Part shown: positions 47,786 through 56,697 of the stretch, piece by piece | How positions within the stretch are numbered: the first letter of the stretch is position 1 | How the letters are laid out: each line of letters begins with the position of its first letter | Source: a bacterium | Lineage (GTDB): Bacteria; Synergistota; GBS-1 | Assembly: GCA_030153785.1 (NCBI GenBank) | Contig: JASKLF010000005.1 | Coordinates: 32,001 to 96,000, forward strand | Direction of reading: 5' to 3' | Length of the DNA stretch: 64,000 nt | The notes under the pieces: model-generated | The model's input: only the letters and a program-made list of their open reading frames with translations | What the model was told of the DNA's origin: nothing | The model's database searches: none | Program-made: the position numbers and the translations under genes

Positions 47786-48203
47786 GAGGTTAAATAGGAG
47801 TCCTTTTTATCTTAAAAGGAGTCCTAAGGGCAGGCTTGTTGCCGTTTTGGACCTGAAGGTCATGGATAGGGGTTTAAAGCTCATTTTGCCCCGCTCGAGG
47901 GCTGTTAAGGCCTCTGAAATCCATGAAATAATAGTCACGCAGGAGGATGCTTCACCAGGGCAAACCGTGAATAACGCCGTCTATGTGGGTTTTTGGGAGG
48001 TTTTACAGGGTGGGATTTTGGAGGTCGGGGATGAGCTATGGATTGATGGAAAAAGGGTTGGCGTTTTGCTTGGCTTTGATGAGACTCACTTCCCCAATCA
48101 TATAAATATGGTGTTTAGGGGAGAGCCTCTAACGGGCAGGGAGAGGGGGCTGCCCTTAGAGGCTGAGGTTGTCTTTAGGGGGGAGGAATGGAGCGATGAG
48201 TAA
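47766..48203 (+). CDS. small beta-barrel protein of unknown function (DUF6917-like)
   Basis: RGL.LI...SRAV...EIHE, GF.EV..GG....GD, GFDETH.PNH.N; translationally coupled. Confidence 0.6.
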   Translation: MVSEPYERLNRSPFYLKRSPKGRLVAVLDLKVMDRGLKLILPRSRAVKASEIHEIIVTQEDASPGQTVNNAVYVGFWEVLQGGILEVGDELWIDGKRVGVLLGFDETHFPNHINMVFRGEPLTGRERGLPLEAEVVFRGEEWSDE

Positions 48204-49653
48204 CAGGTTTAAGTTCAAACTTTACAAGCATCTTCAGCTGAGCCTCCCGAAGATATACGAGGAGGCAAGGAGGGTTGCGGATGAAATAGGGATACCTAAG
48301 GAGATAAGGGGGAAGTTTGGATTAACGGGTGCCATATCCAGCTGTCATGGGCTTTTAACTCGTAAGGTGGCCAAGGTTATGGATGATGCGGCAAGGGAGG
48401 TTGTTCCTAACAAGGTTTATGACGAGGAGTTGAGGGAGATAATAAAGAGCTATTATGGAGATGAATATGATGCCTTGGCCGTTAATACCTGTGAAGCTGC
48501 CTTATGGCTGTGTTTCGATGTTTTAGTGAGTCCTCCTTTTCAGGGTAGAGGATATAACTATAGGTCCCGTTATATAGCTCCTTATGAAAGACACCTTCAT
48601 CATCAGGGTGGATACGGTAGGCCATTTCCTCCTAAGTACAAGGATATTTTTGCCGATAGGGGATGCACGGCCGGGGAGCTTGGATTTTATGGCAAGAGAC
48701 TTGAGAATGTGGATGTGGTTTATGTGCCCCTCGTGGGGGCAAGGTATGAAGTTCATGGAATAAAGTATCATCCTGTTGTATTGTTAAGCGGAGTTGACCC
48801 TAAAAGCTCGATTGAGAGAATTAAAGTTATTGCGGAGAGACACTCTCCCTTCTTGAGCGGTTTTAGCTCTCTCGCTTACGATACTCCCGGTTATGGTTAT
48901 GGGGTCAAGGATAAAGATGGAACCCCCGTTCTACAAAAGGGTATCGCCTCTTTGGCTAAAGATTTCGATGTTCCTTACATACTTGATAATGCGTGGGGAG
49001 TTCCTTTTATCGGCGCTGATTTAAGAAAGATAGGTGGAGATGTCATACTCTATAGCATGGACAAGGCGAGTGGTTCTCCCACCGTTGGGTTAATCATAGG
49101 GCGAGAGGATATCATGGTTTCTTTAAGAAGGGCCTTAGGGGTTCATGGGGATAGATGGGGGACCACGGGTTCCTACGGTAAGGCTGCTTATGTTACCTTT
49201 GACCCCGGTAAAGAGGCCCTCGTGGGATTAACGGCAGCATTAAAAGAGTTGCTCGATAACTCTAATAGGTTCATAAAGATGGTTGACAGGTTGTATGAGA
49301 TAACCATAGAGGAGTTTGGAAATATTCATCCCAACCTTAGGAAGGAGTTTAAGTTCGCTAAAAGCTATAATTCCGGTGCAGTTGAAATAAATTATGATAG
49401 GACTTGGATTGATGGTATCGGCCTTCCCATATTCTCGATAGAGGATATGTATTCTGGAACCAATATACTTCAAAGCGGTCTATCTCAAATGGGCATCATT
49501 CCAACTATAGCATATGATGCTAATATTTTCATCTCTCCCGGGCTTGGAACCACCGATGAAAATGGAGATCTCATTGAGGATCGAATGAGAATTGCGATAA
49601 GGGGATTGGTAAAGCTCATGGAGATAGTTGCAAAATACGCTGAATTGATATAA
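48196..49653 (+). CDS. uncharacterised fold-type I PLP-dependent enzyme (distant SelA/transferase-like)
   Basis: VNTCEAAL, VPYILDNAWG (PLP Asp), ILYSMDKASGSPTVGLIIGR (PLP Lys). ATG 48196. Confidence 0.7.
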   Translation: MSNRFKFKLYKHLQLSLPKIYEEARRVADEIGIPKEIRGKFGLTGAISSCHGLLTRKVAKVMDDAAREVVPNKVYDEELREIIKSYYGDEYDALAVNTCEAALWLCFDVLVSPPFQGRGYNYRSRYIAPYERHLHHQGGYGRPFPPKYKDIFADRGCTAGELGFYGKRLENVDVVYVPLVGARYEVHGIKYHPVVLLSGVDPKSSIERIKVIAERHSPFLSGFSSLAYDTPGYGYGVKDKDGTPVLQKGIASLAKDFDVPYILDNAWGVPFIGADLRKIGGDVILYSMDKASGSPTVGLIIGREDIMVSLRRALGVHGDRWGTTGSYGKAAYVTFDPGKEALVGLTAALKELLDNSNRFIKMVDRLYEITIEEFGNIHPNLRKEFKFAKSYNSGAVEINYDRTWIDGIGLPIFSIEDMYSGTNILQSGLSQMGIIPTIAYDANIFISPGLGTTDENGDLIEDRMRIAIRGLVKLMEIVAKYAELI

Positions 49654-49690
49654 GCTTAAAGGTAACATTTCGATGGGGAGGTGCAGATAC

Positions 49691-50704
49691 ATGTTAAGGG
49701 GAAGGTTTTTGTGTATCATGGTGTTGCTTCTTTCCCTGTGTGTTGGGAGTATGGCCTTAGCTTCTGAGCTTAAGCCAGTAACTTTAACATGGGTAGCTGG
49801 TGGAGTTGGAGGAGGTTGGTATACTCAAGCGGGTGCTCTGGCTTCCTTGATTAATCAGAAAGAGCCTAAGATAACCATCAAGGTTGTTCCCGGTGGAGGA
49901 GTAGTTAACCCGATGCGCGTTTCCTCAGGCGAGGCTGACCTTGGGTGGGGTATAACCTTTGTCGATAAGATGGCTTATAAGGGACTTCAGCCTCTTTACA
50001 AAAAAGCGTTCCCGAATGTTAGAGCCATAGGTGGCTATTTTGGATATTATCATATTCATTTTATCGCCGCTGCCGAAACGGGAATTAAAACCGTTAAAGA
50101 GCTTGCTGATATGGTTAAGGCGGGTAAGCCCATAAGAATAGCTATACCCATGAAGGGGACATCTGATTTGCCTCTTGCTGAGAGGATTCTTGCTTTCTAC
50201 GGGATTAGCCTGGAGGACATTAAGAAGGCCGGTGGAGAGTATTTCCATGCGGTCTATGCCGATATGGTAAGCAACTATAAGGACCGCCATGTAGATTTCG
50301 TTATAACGCATCTTTCTTTACCTGCTGCGGCTGTAACGGAGATGTTTGTTTCCCGTGACTCCGTTCTTTTGGCCGTTTCGGATGAGTGCATAGACACGAT
50401 AAGCAAGGAGCTTGGAACCGTTCCTCGTGAGACAGGATTGTGTGTAATTCCGGCTGGAACTTATAAGGGGCAGAATGAGGATGTTCCTGCGGTTGCCACC
50501 GCTGGCGAGCTTTTGGTTAACGCCAACGTGCCTGAAGATGTGGTTTATACCATCACCAAGATACTGTGCGAGAATATTGAGGAAGTCTATGCTGCTCATC
50601 CAGCGAATAAGACTTTCGACCCCAAAACGGGGTGGAAGAACATAGCGGTTCCTCTTCACCCGGGTGCCGAGAAGTATTACAAGGAAAAGGGATACATGAA
50701 GTAG
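49691..50704 (+). CDS. TAXI-family TRAP solute-binding protein
   Basis: Signal peptide, AGGVGGGWY, GG.V.N, VPEDVVY.ITK, VPLHPGAEKYY. Confidence 0.88.
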   Translation: MLRGRFLCIMVLLLSLCVGSMALASELKPVTLTWVAGGVGGGWYTQAGALASLINQKEPKITIKVVPGGGVVNPMRVSSGEADLGWGITFVDKMAYKGLQPLYKKAFPNVRAIGGYFGYYHIHFIAAAETGIKTVKELADMVKAGKPIRIAIPMKGTSDLPLAERILAFYGISLEDIKKAGGEYFHAVYADMVSNYKDRHVDFVITHLSLPAAAVTEMFVSRDSVLLAVSDECIDTISKELGTVPRETGLCVIPAGTYKGQNEDVPAVATAGELLVNANVPEDVVYTITKILCENIEEVYAAHPANKTFDPKTGWKNIAVPLHPGAEKYYKEKGYMK

Positions 50705-50720
50705 GGAGCTGAAGATACTC

Positions 50721-52619
50721 GTGCGGGTTCTTTCAGGTTGGCAAAGATATTTAGTGGGCGTGTGGCTTACCGCCACCGCCCTTTTTCATCTTTATACCGC
50801 TACCACGGGAGTTTTACAGCCGAGATATCAACGGGGAATTCATCTCCTTTTACTTTTGCCATTGGCTTTTTTGCTTTATCCAGCGACAAAGAAGTCTCCA
50901 CGCGATAGGTTTACCCTTTTAGACTCCCTTTTTGCGTTTCTTTCCCTTTTCCCTCCTCTTTACTTAATAGTTTTTAACGACGCATTGAACTTGAGATACG
51001 AATTTGTTGACCCTGTAACGCCCTTAGAGCTTACATTGGGTTTAATGAATATAGTTTTGCTTTTGGAAGCCATAAGGCGCGCTGTGGTTCCCGCTATGGC
51101 CTTGCTTCTATCGGTTCTTATGGGATACCTTTTCATTGCTCCTTATCTTCCGGGTGTTTTTTACGCTAAGCCATTGCCTTTGGGAAGGTTTGTAGAAATG
51201 TTTTATCTTATAACCGATAGCGGAATATATGGAGCGATAACGGGGATATCAGCTACAGTAGTGGCTCTTTTCGTTATCTTGGGTGCCTTTCTGGAAACCA
51301 CCAAGGTTGGAGATTATCTCACGAATATAGCTGCCAGGATAGCGGGAAGAGGACCAGGAGGTCCGGCGAAGATTGCCGTTTTGGCGAGCGGGCTCTTTGG
51401 TTCCATAAGCGGGGTGGCGGCAAGTAATGTATATGCCACAGGAAGCTTTACCATACCTATGATGAAAAGGTTGGGGTATAAACCGGAGTTTGCGGGAGCT
51501 GTTGAGGCGGTGGCTTCCACAGGTGGGATATTTATGCCTCCTGTGATGGGAGCTGCTGCCTTTGTTATGTCGGAGCTTACCAATATACCCTATATAAAGA
51601 TATGCGCCGCCGCTTTACTGGGAGCGATATTCTACTATTTGGCTCTGGGCCTTACCGTTCACTATGTGGCTCTCAGAGATAACCTTAAAGGGATGTCCAA
51701 GGAGGAGCTTCCCAAGTGGCGAGAGCTCGCTCGCGATTCCTACCTTCTTGCACCGGCATTTGGGTTGGTTTATTTTCTGATCAAGGGGTATTCTCCCTTT
51801 ATGGCAGCCTACTACTCGATATGGATTTCCATATTAATAAGCTTCTTTAAAAGGGAAACTTTCATGACCCCTAAGAGACTTCTCTTTTCCTTGGAGCGTG
51901 GGGCTTCAAATATGATAATAGTTGCTTTGGCCTGTGCGGGCGCTGGCATGGTAGTAAGTATTCTGACCCATACCGGTTTGGGTTTGGGACTGGCTTCAAT
52001 CATAACTACCCTTTCGAAGGGGCACCTTCTTTTGGCTCTTATATTGGTTATGATAGTTTGCCTGATTCTCGGCATGGGACTTCCAACCACACCTGCGTAT
52101 GTTATAGCGGTAACCATAGCTGGGCCTGCTTTGCTTAAGATGGGTGTAGACCCTTTAAAGGCTCATATGTTTTCCCTTTACTTCGCTAAGCTTTCCGAAG
52201 TTACACCGCCTGTTTGCGTAGCTTCCTACTGTGCAGCTTCAATTGCAGGAACGGATCCTATGAAGGTTGGCTTTGTCAGCTGGAGGCTTGCGCTTACGGG
52301 ATATCTCGTCGGATACATATTCATCTATAACGATGCTCTGCTTCTGAGGGGTAGCTTGGCAGAGATAGGATCGATCATCGTTTTTATGACGGTAATTTCT
52401 CTATCTCTGGCTATAGGTGTAGCGGGATATTTTAGAGGAAGATTAAGTTTGCTTGAAAGGTCGTTGTTCTTCGGTATTGTGATTGCTTTTACTCTCTTTT
52501 CAACCCTAAAGGGGTTTCCTCGTGAAACTGTGGCTTTGTTTGTGACCGTGTTTGCTTTGGGATATTTAGGTGTGAGTAAGTTTCTACTTAAAAAAGAAGA
52601 GGCTTCTAAGATAATTTAG
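50721..52619 (+). CDS. TRAP transporter fused 4TM/12TM permease (TAXI type)
   Basis: GGPAKIAV..SGLFGSISG....NV..TG..TIPMMK..GY, ASTGG..MPPVMGAAAF, LGMGLPT..AY, VTPPV. Confidence 0.92.
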   Translation: MRVLSGWQRYLVGVWLTATALFHLYTATTGVLQPRYQRGIHLLLLLPLAFLLYPATKKSPRDRFTLLDSLFAFLSLFPPLYLIVFNDALNLRYEFVDPVTPLELTLGLMNIVLLLEAIRRAVVPAMALLLSVLMGYLFIAPYLPGVFYAKPLPLGRFVEMFYLITDSGIYGAITGISATVVALFVILGAFLETTKVGDYLTNIAARIAGRGPGGPAKIAVLASGLFGSISGVAASNVYATGSFTIPMMKRLGYKPEFAGAVEAVASTGGIFMPPVMGAAAFVMSELTNIPYIKICAAALLGAIFYYLALGLTVHYVALRDNLKGMSKEELPKWRELARDSYLLAPAFGLVYFLIKGYSPFMAAYYSIWISILISFFKRETFMTPKRLLFSLERGASNMIIVALACAGAGMVVSILTHTGLGLGLASIITTLSKGHLLLALILVMIVCLILGMGLPTTPAYVIAVTIAGPALLKMGVDPLKAHMFSLYFAKLSEVTPPVCVASYCAASIAGTDPMKVGFVSWRLALTGYLVGYIFIYNDALLLRGSLAEIGSIIVFMTVISLSLAIGVAGYFRGRLSLLERSLFFGIVIAFTLFSTLKGFPRETVALFVTVFALGYLGVSKFLLKKEEASKII

Positions 52620-52650
52620 CGGTTTGAGTGGTTTCCTATGGGGTGGGGGG

Positions 52651-52890
52651 ATGGAGAGGATGTTTGAGGGAAGGATTTTAGATGCCCTTGATATTGAAGC
52701 GGTGTTTGTTGCCGAGGATGAGGAGGAGGCAAAAAGATTAGGGATTGACTTGGTTAGATCCTTTGGTCTTAAGGATGGGGATGTGGTTTTTTTAGAGAAG
52801 ATTGGGAAATTTGTTCGCGTCAGGCTTCGTGCCTATGTCTATAGACCGGGGGATAGATATTATTGGCTTTGTGGAGATGAGGCTAAATGA
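52651..52890 (+). CDS. small protein resembling the aminomutase dimerisation (OAM_dimer) domain
   Basis: 79 aa; EEEAKRLGIDLVRSFGLKDGDVVFLEKIGKFVRVRL recalls the KamE/OraE dimer-domain pattern (EAA...MGL....VV..E.LG); ATGA-coupled to the B12 enzyme. Confidence 0.5.
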   Translation: MERMFEGRILDALDIEAVFVAEDEEEAKRLGIDLVRSFGLKDGDVVFLEKIGKFVRVRLRAYVYRPGDRYYWLCGDEAK

Positions 52891-54665
52891 AGATATTGAT
52901 GGTGCCTTTGGACCCCGTTCATGATGTTGCTTTAAAGATGCTGAAAAGGGAATTAATTGGCCGAGGATACGAGATAGTCCTTCTTCCTCCAGATATGAAG
53001 CTTGAAGAGGTAGTAGAGATATGTAAGCATGAGAGGCCTTCCTTCATAATGGTAAGTAGAACGGTAGGGTATGGAGCAAGTGAAATATTAGGCAGGTTTA
53101 TAGATCTTCTTGATGCCTCTGGAGTAAGGAAGTTTGCCCGGGTTATTGTGGGAGGAAAGGCTGTAACTAAGGAACTCGCTGCCGAACTTGGGTATGATGC
53201 GGGGTTTGGCGAAGGGACGAAGTGGGAAGATGTGGTTGCCTATATAGAGGGTAGGCCTGTTAAAAGAGGGGATGCCTTTTTTAAAAGAGAGAAGAGAGAT
53301 ATTACCAAGGGGTATAGTTACAGGATAGTTGATGAGGCTTTTTTAGACCCTTTAGATGAGATAGTAAGTCAGGTTTTAGAATGGGTTTCCGATAAAAGCT
53401 CTCCTGCGATAGAAAGGGCGAAGATAAGGGAAAGGATTCTTGCCGGTGAAGACCTTCTCGGGGAGTATTTGAAGCTTTGCGATGATTTAGTGAAGGGCTT
53501 TTATCTTAGGGGTGAAGTCCCTAAGAGGGTTAAGGTTTTAGCTGATGAGGAAGTGGATAGATTTAAGCGTTTTATAGGTGATACCCTCTTTCCTGAAGAG
53601 CCTTCCCCATTTTCGGATGGAAATCCTCTTATCTTCATCCAATATGGGACAGGCTGTCCCTTCATGGATGGGCTTCACATAAAGATATGTGAAGCGTGGG
53701 GAGCTAACGGCTTTCTTCACTTCGATCCCTCTTGGGGGGCAAGGCTTGAAGGCCTTCTTAGCGGGATACTCTCTCACGAGGAAGACGGCACGATATTGAC
53801 TCTTGAAAATTTAAAGCTTATCAAATCCCTCTTAAGCGAGTCAAGCCTTTGGAGCGTTAGAGCCCATAGGGGGTTGAATACTCCTGAAACGGTTGTCCTT
53901 GCATATGCTGCTGGTGCGGATTTGACGAAGATAAACATGGTTTATGGTTCCTTAAATGGGGGGACCGATCCTGAAAGGCTTGTAGTTGATGGGGTCTATG
54001 CGATAAAGCTTGCGTCGAAATTTAGCTTACCCTTTGATATCCCTACCAATGAGGAGTTGGGTGGCATTCCCGCTTATAAGGCCTTCGCTGGAATGCTTAT
54101 AGTAGCTCATTTGGGAGTTAAGCTCGGTGCCAAGCCCATATTAAAGCCCTTGTTCTGTTTTTCTCCCGATGTGATGATTAATGGCTATATGGATGATAAC
54201 TATGTGGATTATAATGTGGCAAAGGTTCTCGCCTTAAGGGAGATAATGGATGCCCCCATTTGGGCTGGTGAACCGATAGGCTTTATGACCCATAGCGAGG
54301 AAAGGGTTCAATCAGCGCTCACAACGGCGCTTCATGCGGGTTTGGCCAAGTCTCTTAGTCTTGATGCTGTTACCATAGCGTCGACCGATGAGGCTTATGC
54401 AAGGGGGGCGATAACCTCTGCTTCGAGGGTTGATTCTCTAAGGGGAGTCAAGGAAGCCTTCAGATTTCTTGGAAGAGCTTTAATCGAGCCTACATCTAAG
54501 GCGAAGAGCTTCAAGGAACTTATCAAAGAGGGAGTGTTGAGAACCTTAGATAGGGTCGCAAAAAGGGGAGATTTTGTGGCTTCCCTTTATGAGGGCTTAT
54601 TAGGGACGAGGGAAGAGGGAGCTACCCCTGGAAGGGCTGGGAGGGGAACGATTTTAAGATGCTAA
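52887..54665 (+). CDS. cobalamin-dependent enzyme: N-terminal B12-binding domain plus aminomutase-like TIM barrel
   Basis: DPVHDVA (His-on motif), MVSRT, IVGG, LAAELGYDAGFGEGT (KamE-like); barrel motifs YGTGCPFMD..AWGA, GLNTPE, NMVYGSL..DPERLVVD resemble KamD/OraE. Confidence 0.75.
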   Translation: MKILMVPLDPVHDVALKMLKRELIGRGYEIVLLPPDMKLEEVVEICKHERPSFIMVSRTVGYGASEILGRFIDLLDASGVRKFARVIVGGKAVTKELAAELGYDAGFGEGTKWEDVVAYIEGRPVKRGDAFFKREKRDITKGYSYRIVDEAFLDPLDEIVSQVLEWVSDKSSPAIERAKIRERILAGEDLLGEYLKLCDDLVKGFYLRGEVPKRVKVLADEEVDRFKRFIGDTLFPEEPSPFSDGNPLIFIQYGTGCPFMDGLHIKICEAWGANGFLHFDPSWGARLEGLLSGILSHEEDGTILTLENLKLIKSLLSESSLWSVRAHRGLNTPETVVLAYAAGADLTKINMVYGSLNGGTDPERLVVDGVYAIKLASKFSLPFDIPTNEELGGIPAYKAFAGMLIVAHLGVKLGAKPILKPLFCFSPDVMINGYMDDNYVDYNVAKVLALREIMDAPIWAGEPIGFMTHSEERVQSALTTALHAGLAKSLSLDAVTIASTDEAYARGAITSASRVDSLRGVKEAFRFLGRALIEPTSKAKSFKELIKEGVLRTLDRVAKRGDFVASLYEGLLGTREEGATPGRAGRGTILRC

Positions 54666-55567
54666 GCTTGGGGGTATTCGGAACTGCGAAGAATACGGGA
54701 AAGACCACGGTTTTCAATACGGCTTTGAGATGCCTTTGGGGGTTCGGGCGTGTGGCGATAACCAGTATAGGCTTCGATGGCGAAGATTTGGACCACATAA
54801 CGGGGCTTCCCAAGCCCAAGGTAGTGGTTGACGAAGGTATTTGGATAGTAACAAGTAAAGGGGTAACATGGAGAGCCACCGCGAGGCTTGAGTTAGTTAG
54901 GGGTCTCGACGTTGATACTCCCTTTGGCTCTTTGGAAATATATAAGGCTAAGTCGCCTGGTAGAGTTCCACTCGTGGGGCCTAACCGGGCTGATGACTTG
55001 CTTAAAGTGAAGGAAATTCTTGCAGGTTACGGGGTTGAGCTCTTTCTGGTTGACGGGGCTATCAATCGCATGATTCCCTTTCAATACGTGGATCTTGTTA
55101 TCCTCGCAACGGGAGCGTCTCGAAGCACCAACATTGAAGAGCTACTTTTGGAAACGGAAGCCATTGTTAAAGCTCTTTTCCTACCGAAGGGAGAAATCGG
55201 CAAGCTTGAGCTCCTTGAGGGACCTATAAGCTTTGAAGTTTTGAAAAGCTATGAGGGTAGGGGGATTTTGGTAGAATCACCTTTCCACGTGCTTTTACTC
55301 ATTGATTACAGGAATTTGCTTGACCTGCTAAGGAAGGTAGAGGTCTTCGTCTTAAGGAAACCTGAGCTTTTGTGTATTACTCTGAACCCCACTTACCCTG
55401 AAAGGAGGATAGAGGGCTTTAGGCTTTCCATGATAGATTTCTCTTCCCTTAAAAGCTTTCTCTCCAAGAAGCTCGGCGTTCCCTGTATAGATGTTTTGAG
55501 GGAAGAGGATGAGCTCTGTGAACTTTTAAATGCGAGGGTGAGAAGAGGATGGGCGTTTACGACTTGA
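54659..55567 (+). CDS. KamB-like P-loop protein (aminomutase accessory or reactivase-type)
   Basis: GTAKNTGKTT, TSIGFDGEDLD.ITG.PKP, TPFG, LVGP, LVDGAINR, ILATGA, NP.YP; same motif order as the P-loop protein of lysine fermentation kam clusters. Confidence 0.65.
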   Translation: MLSLGVFGTAKNTGKTTVFNTALRCLWGFGRVAITSIGFDGEDLDHITGLPKPKVVVDEGIWIVTSKGVTWRATARLELVRGLDVDTPFGSLEIYKAKSPGRVPLVGPNRADDLLKVKEILAGYGVELFLVDGAINRMIPFQYVDLVILATGASRSTNIEELLLETEAIVKALFLPKGEIGKLELLEGPISFEVLKSYEGRGILVESPFHVLLLIDYRNLLDLLRKVEVFVLRKPELLCITLNPTYPERRIEGFRLSMIDFSSLKSFLSKKLGVPCIDVLREEDELCELLNARVRRGWAFTT

Positions 55568-56697
55568 TTATCATAGGAGGAGGAATTATAGGGTGTTCTA
55601 TAGCTTATCACGTCTCCCTTTTTAAAAAGTGGAGAATCTTGATTATCGAAAAGAATGGCATAGCTGGAGGGGCTTCTGGCTCTTGCGATGGAATTTTGTC
55701 TATTCTCTCGAAAAAGGGCGGTATACATCTTGAACTTGCCTTGGAGAGCCTTTCCATGATTAAAAGCTTGTCGAAAGAGCTTCCTATCGATATCGAGTTT
55801 CAGGAAACTCCGGGGATGGTAGTAATAGAAGATGAGGGTTATCTTCCCTTTATGGAGAGATTCGTGAATGAACAGAGGAAAAACACCGACCTTAAGATAG
55901 ATTTCTTAAATCCTAAGGAAGCTTTGCGTTTTGAGCCTCTATTGTCCACGAGAATTGCGGGGGTTTTAAGGTCTCCTCAGAATGGTCAGGTTAATCCGAT
56001 ATATCTTACTTATGCCTTCTTTGAGGGTGCCCGCTTAAGGGGGGTAGAATTGAGAAGGGGGGAAGAGGTTCTCGCTGTTGAAAGGAAGGGCTTCGGCGGT
56101 TTTAGGGTTTTAACTTCTCACGGTAGTTATGAGTCTGAAAGGGTAGTCCTTTCTGCTGGTTCTTGGTCTCCGCTTATATCCTCTTCTATAGGTATAGAGC
56201 TTCCTATAAAGCCGAGGAGAGGACAGCTCCTTGTTACCGAACCTATTGCAAGAGCCATAAATCACACCGTGCTTTCGAGCAGATATATAGTGGCCAAATA
56301 TGGGGTTGATACGGGTGGTAAGGAGGGGTTGGCCTTAGAGCAAACCCATCACGGTGCCTTTTTAATAGGGGCAACAAGAGAGTTTGTGGGCTACGATAAA
56401 AGCGTAACTTCCTCCGCTTTCGAAAGGCTTTCCAAAAATGCTGTAGAGGCCTTCCCCTTTTTGCGTGGCTTGAGGGTTATAAGGGCTTTTGCGGGATTAA
56501 GACCCTGGACGCCTGATGGCTTACCGATAATAGATAACATAGATGGTCTCTTTTTGGCTTGTGGGCACGAGGGAGATGGGATATGCCTTTCTGCCGTAAC
56601 GGGTAAGCTTTTAAGCGAGCTTATAGTTTATGGTAAGGCTTCATTTGATGTATCTCCCTTTTCCTTAAGCAGATTTAATACCTCTTCAGCTTTGTAG
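55549..56697 (+). CDS. FAD-dependent oxidoreductase, D-amino acid/glycine oxidase (DAO) family
   Basis: IIGGGIIG.SIAY, GASG, GQVNP, PRRGQ, AGLRPWTPDGLPII, GHEGDG. Confidence 0.88.
   Translation: MGVYDLIIIGGGIIGCSIAYHVSLFKKWRILIIEKNGIAGGASGSCDGILSILSKKGGIHLELALESLSMIKSLSKELPIDIEFQETPGMVVIEDEGYLPFMERFVNEQRKNTDLKIDFLNPKEALRFEPLLSTRIAGVLRSPQNGQVNPIYLTYAFFEGARLRGVELRRGEEVLAVERKGFGGFRVLTSHGSYESERVVLSAGSWSPLISSSIGIELPIKPRRGQLLVTEPIARAINHTVLSSRYIVAKYGVDTGGKEGLALEQTHHGAFLIGATREFVGYDKSVTSSAFERLSKNAVEAFPFLRGLRVIRAFAGLRPWTPDGLPIIDNIDGLFLACGHEGDGICLSAVTGKLLSELIVYGKASFDVSPFSLSRFNTSSAL

Noticed and set aside
48196..49653. Selenocysteine synthase (selA)
   Set aside because: Only the generic PLP-lysine region is similar; no selB/selC/selD in the window.
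52887..54665. Labelling as kamD/kamE, oraE, methionine synthase or methylmalonyl-CoA mutase
   Set aside because: Domain order, missing Lys loop and absent pathway neighbours do not fit; no symbol assigned.
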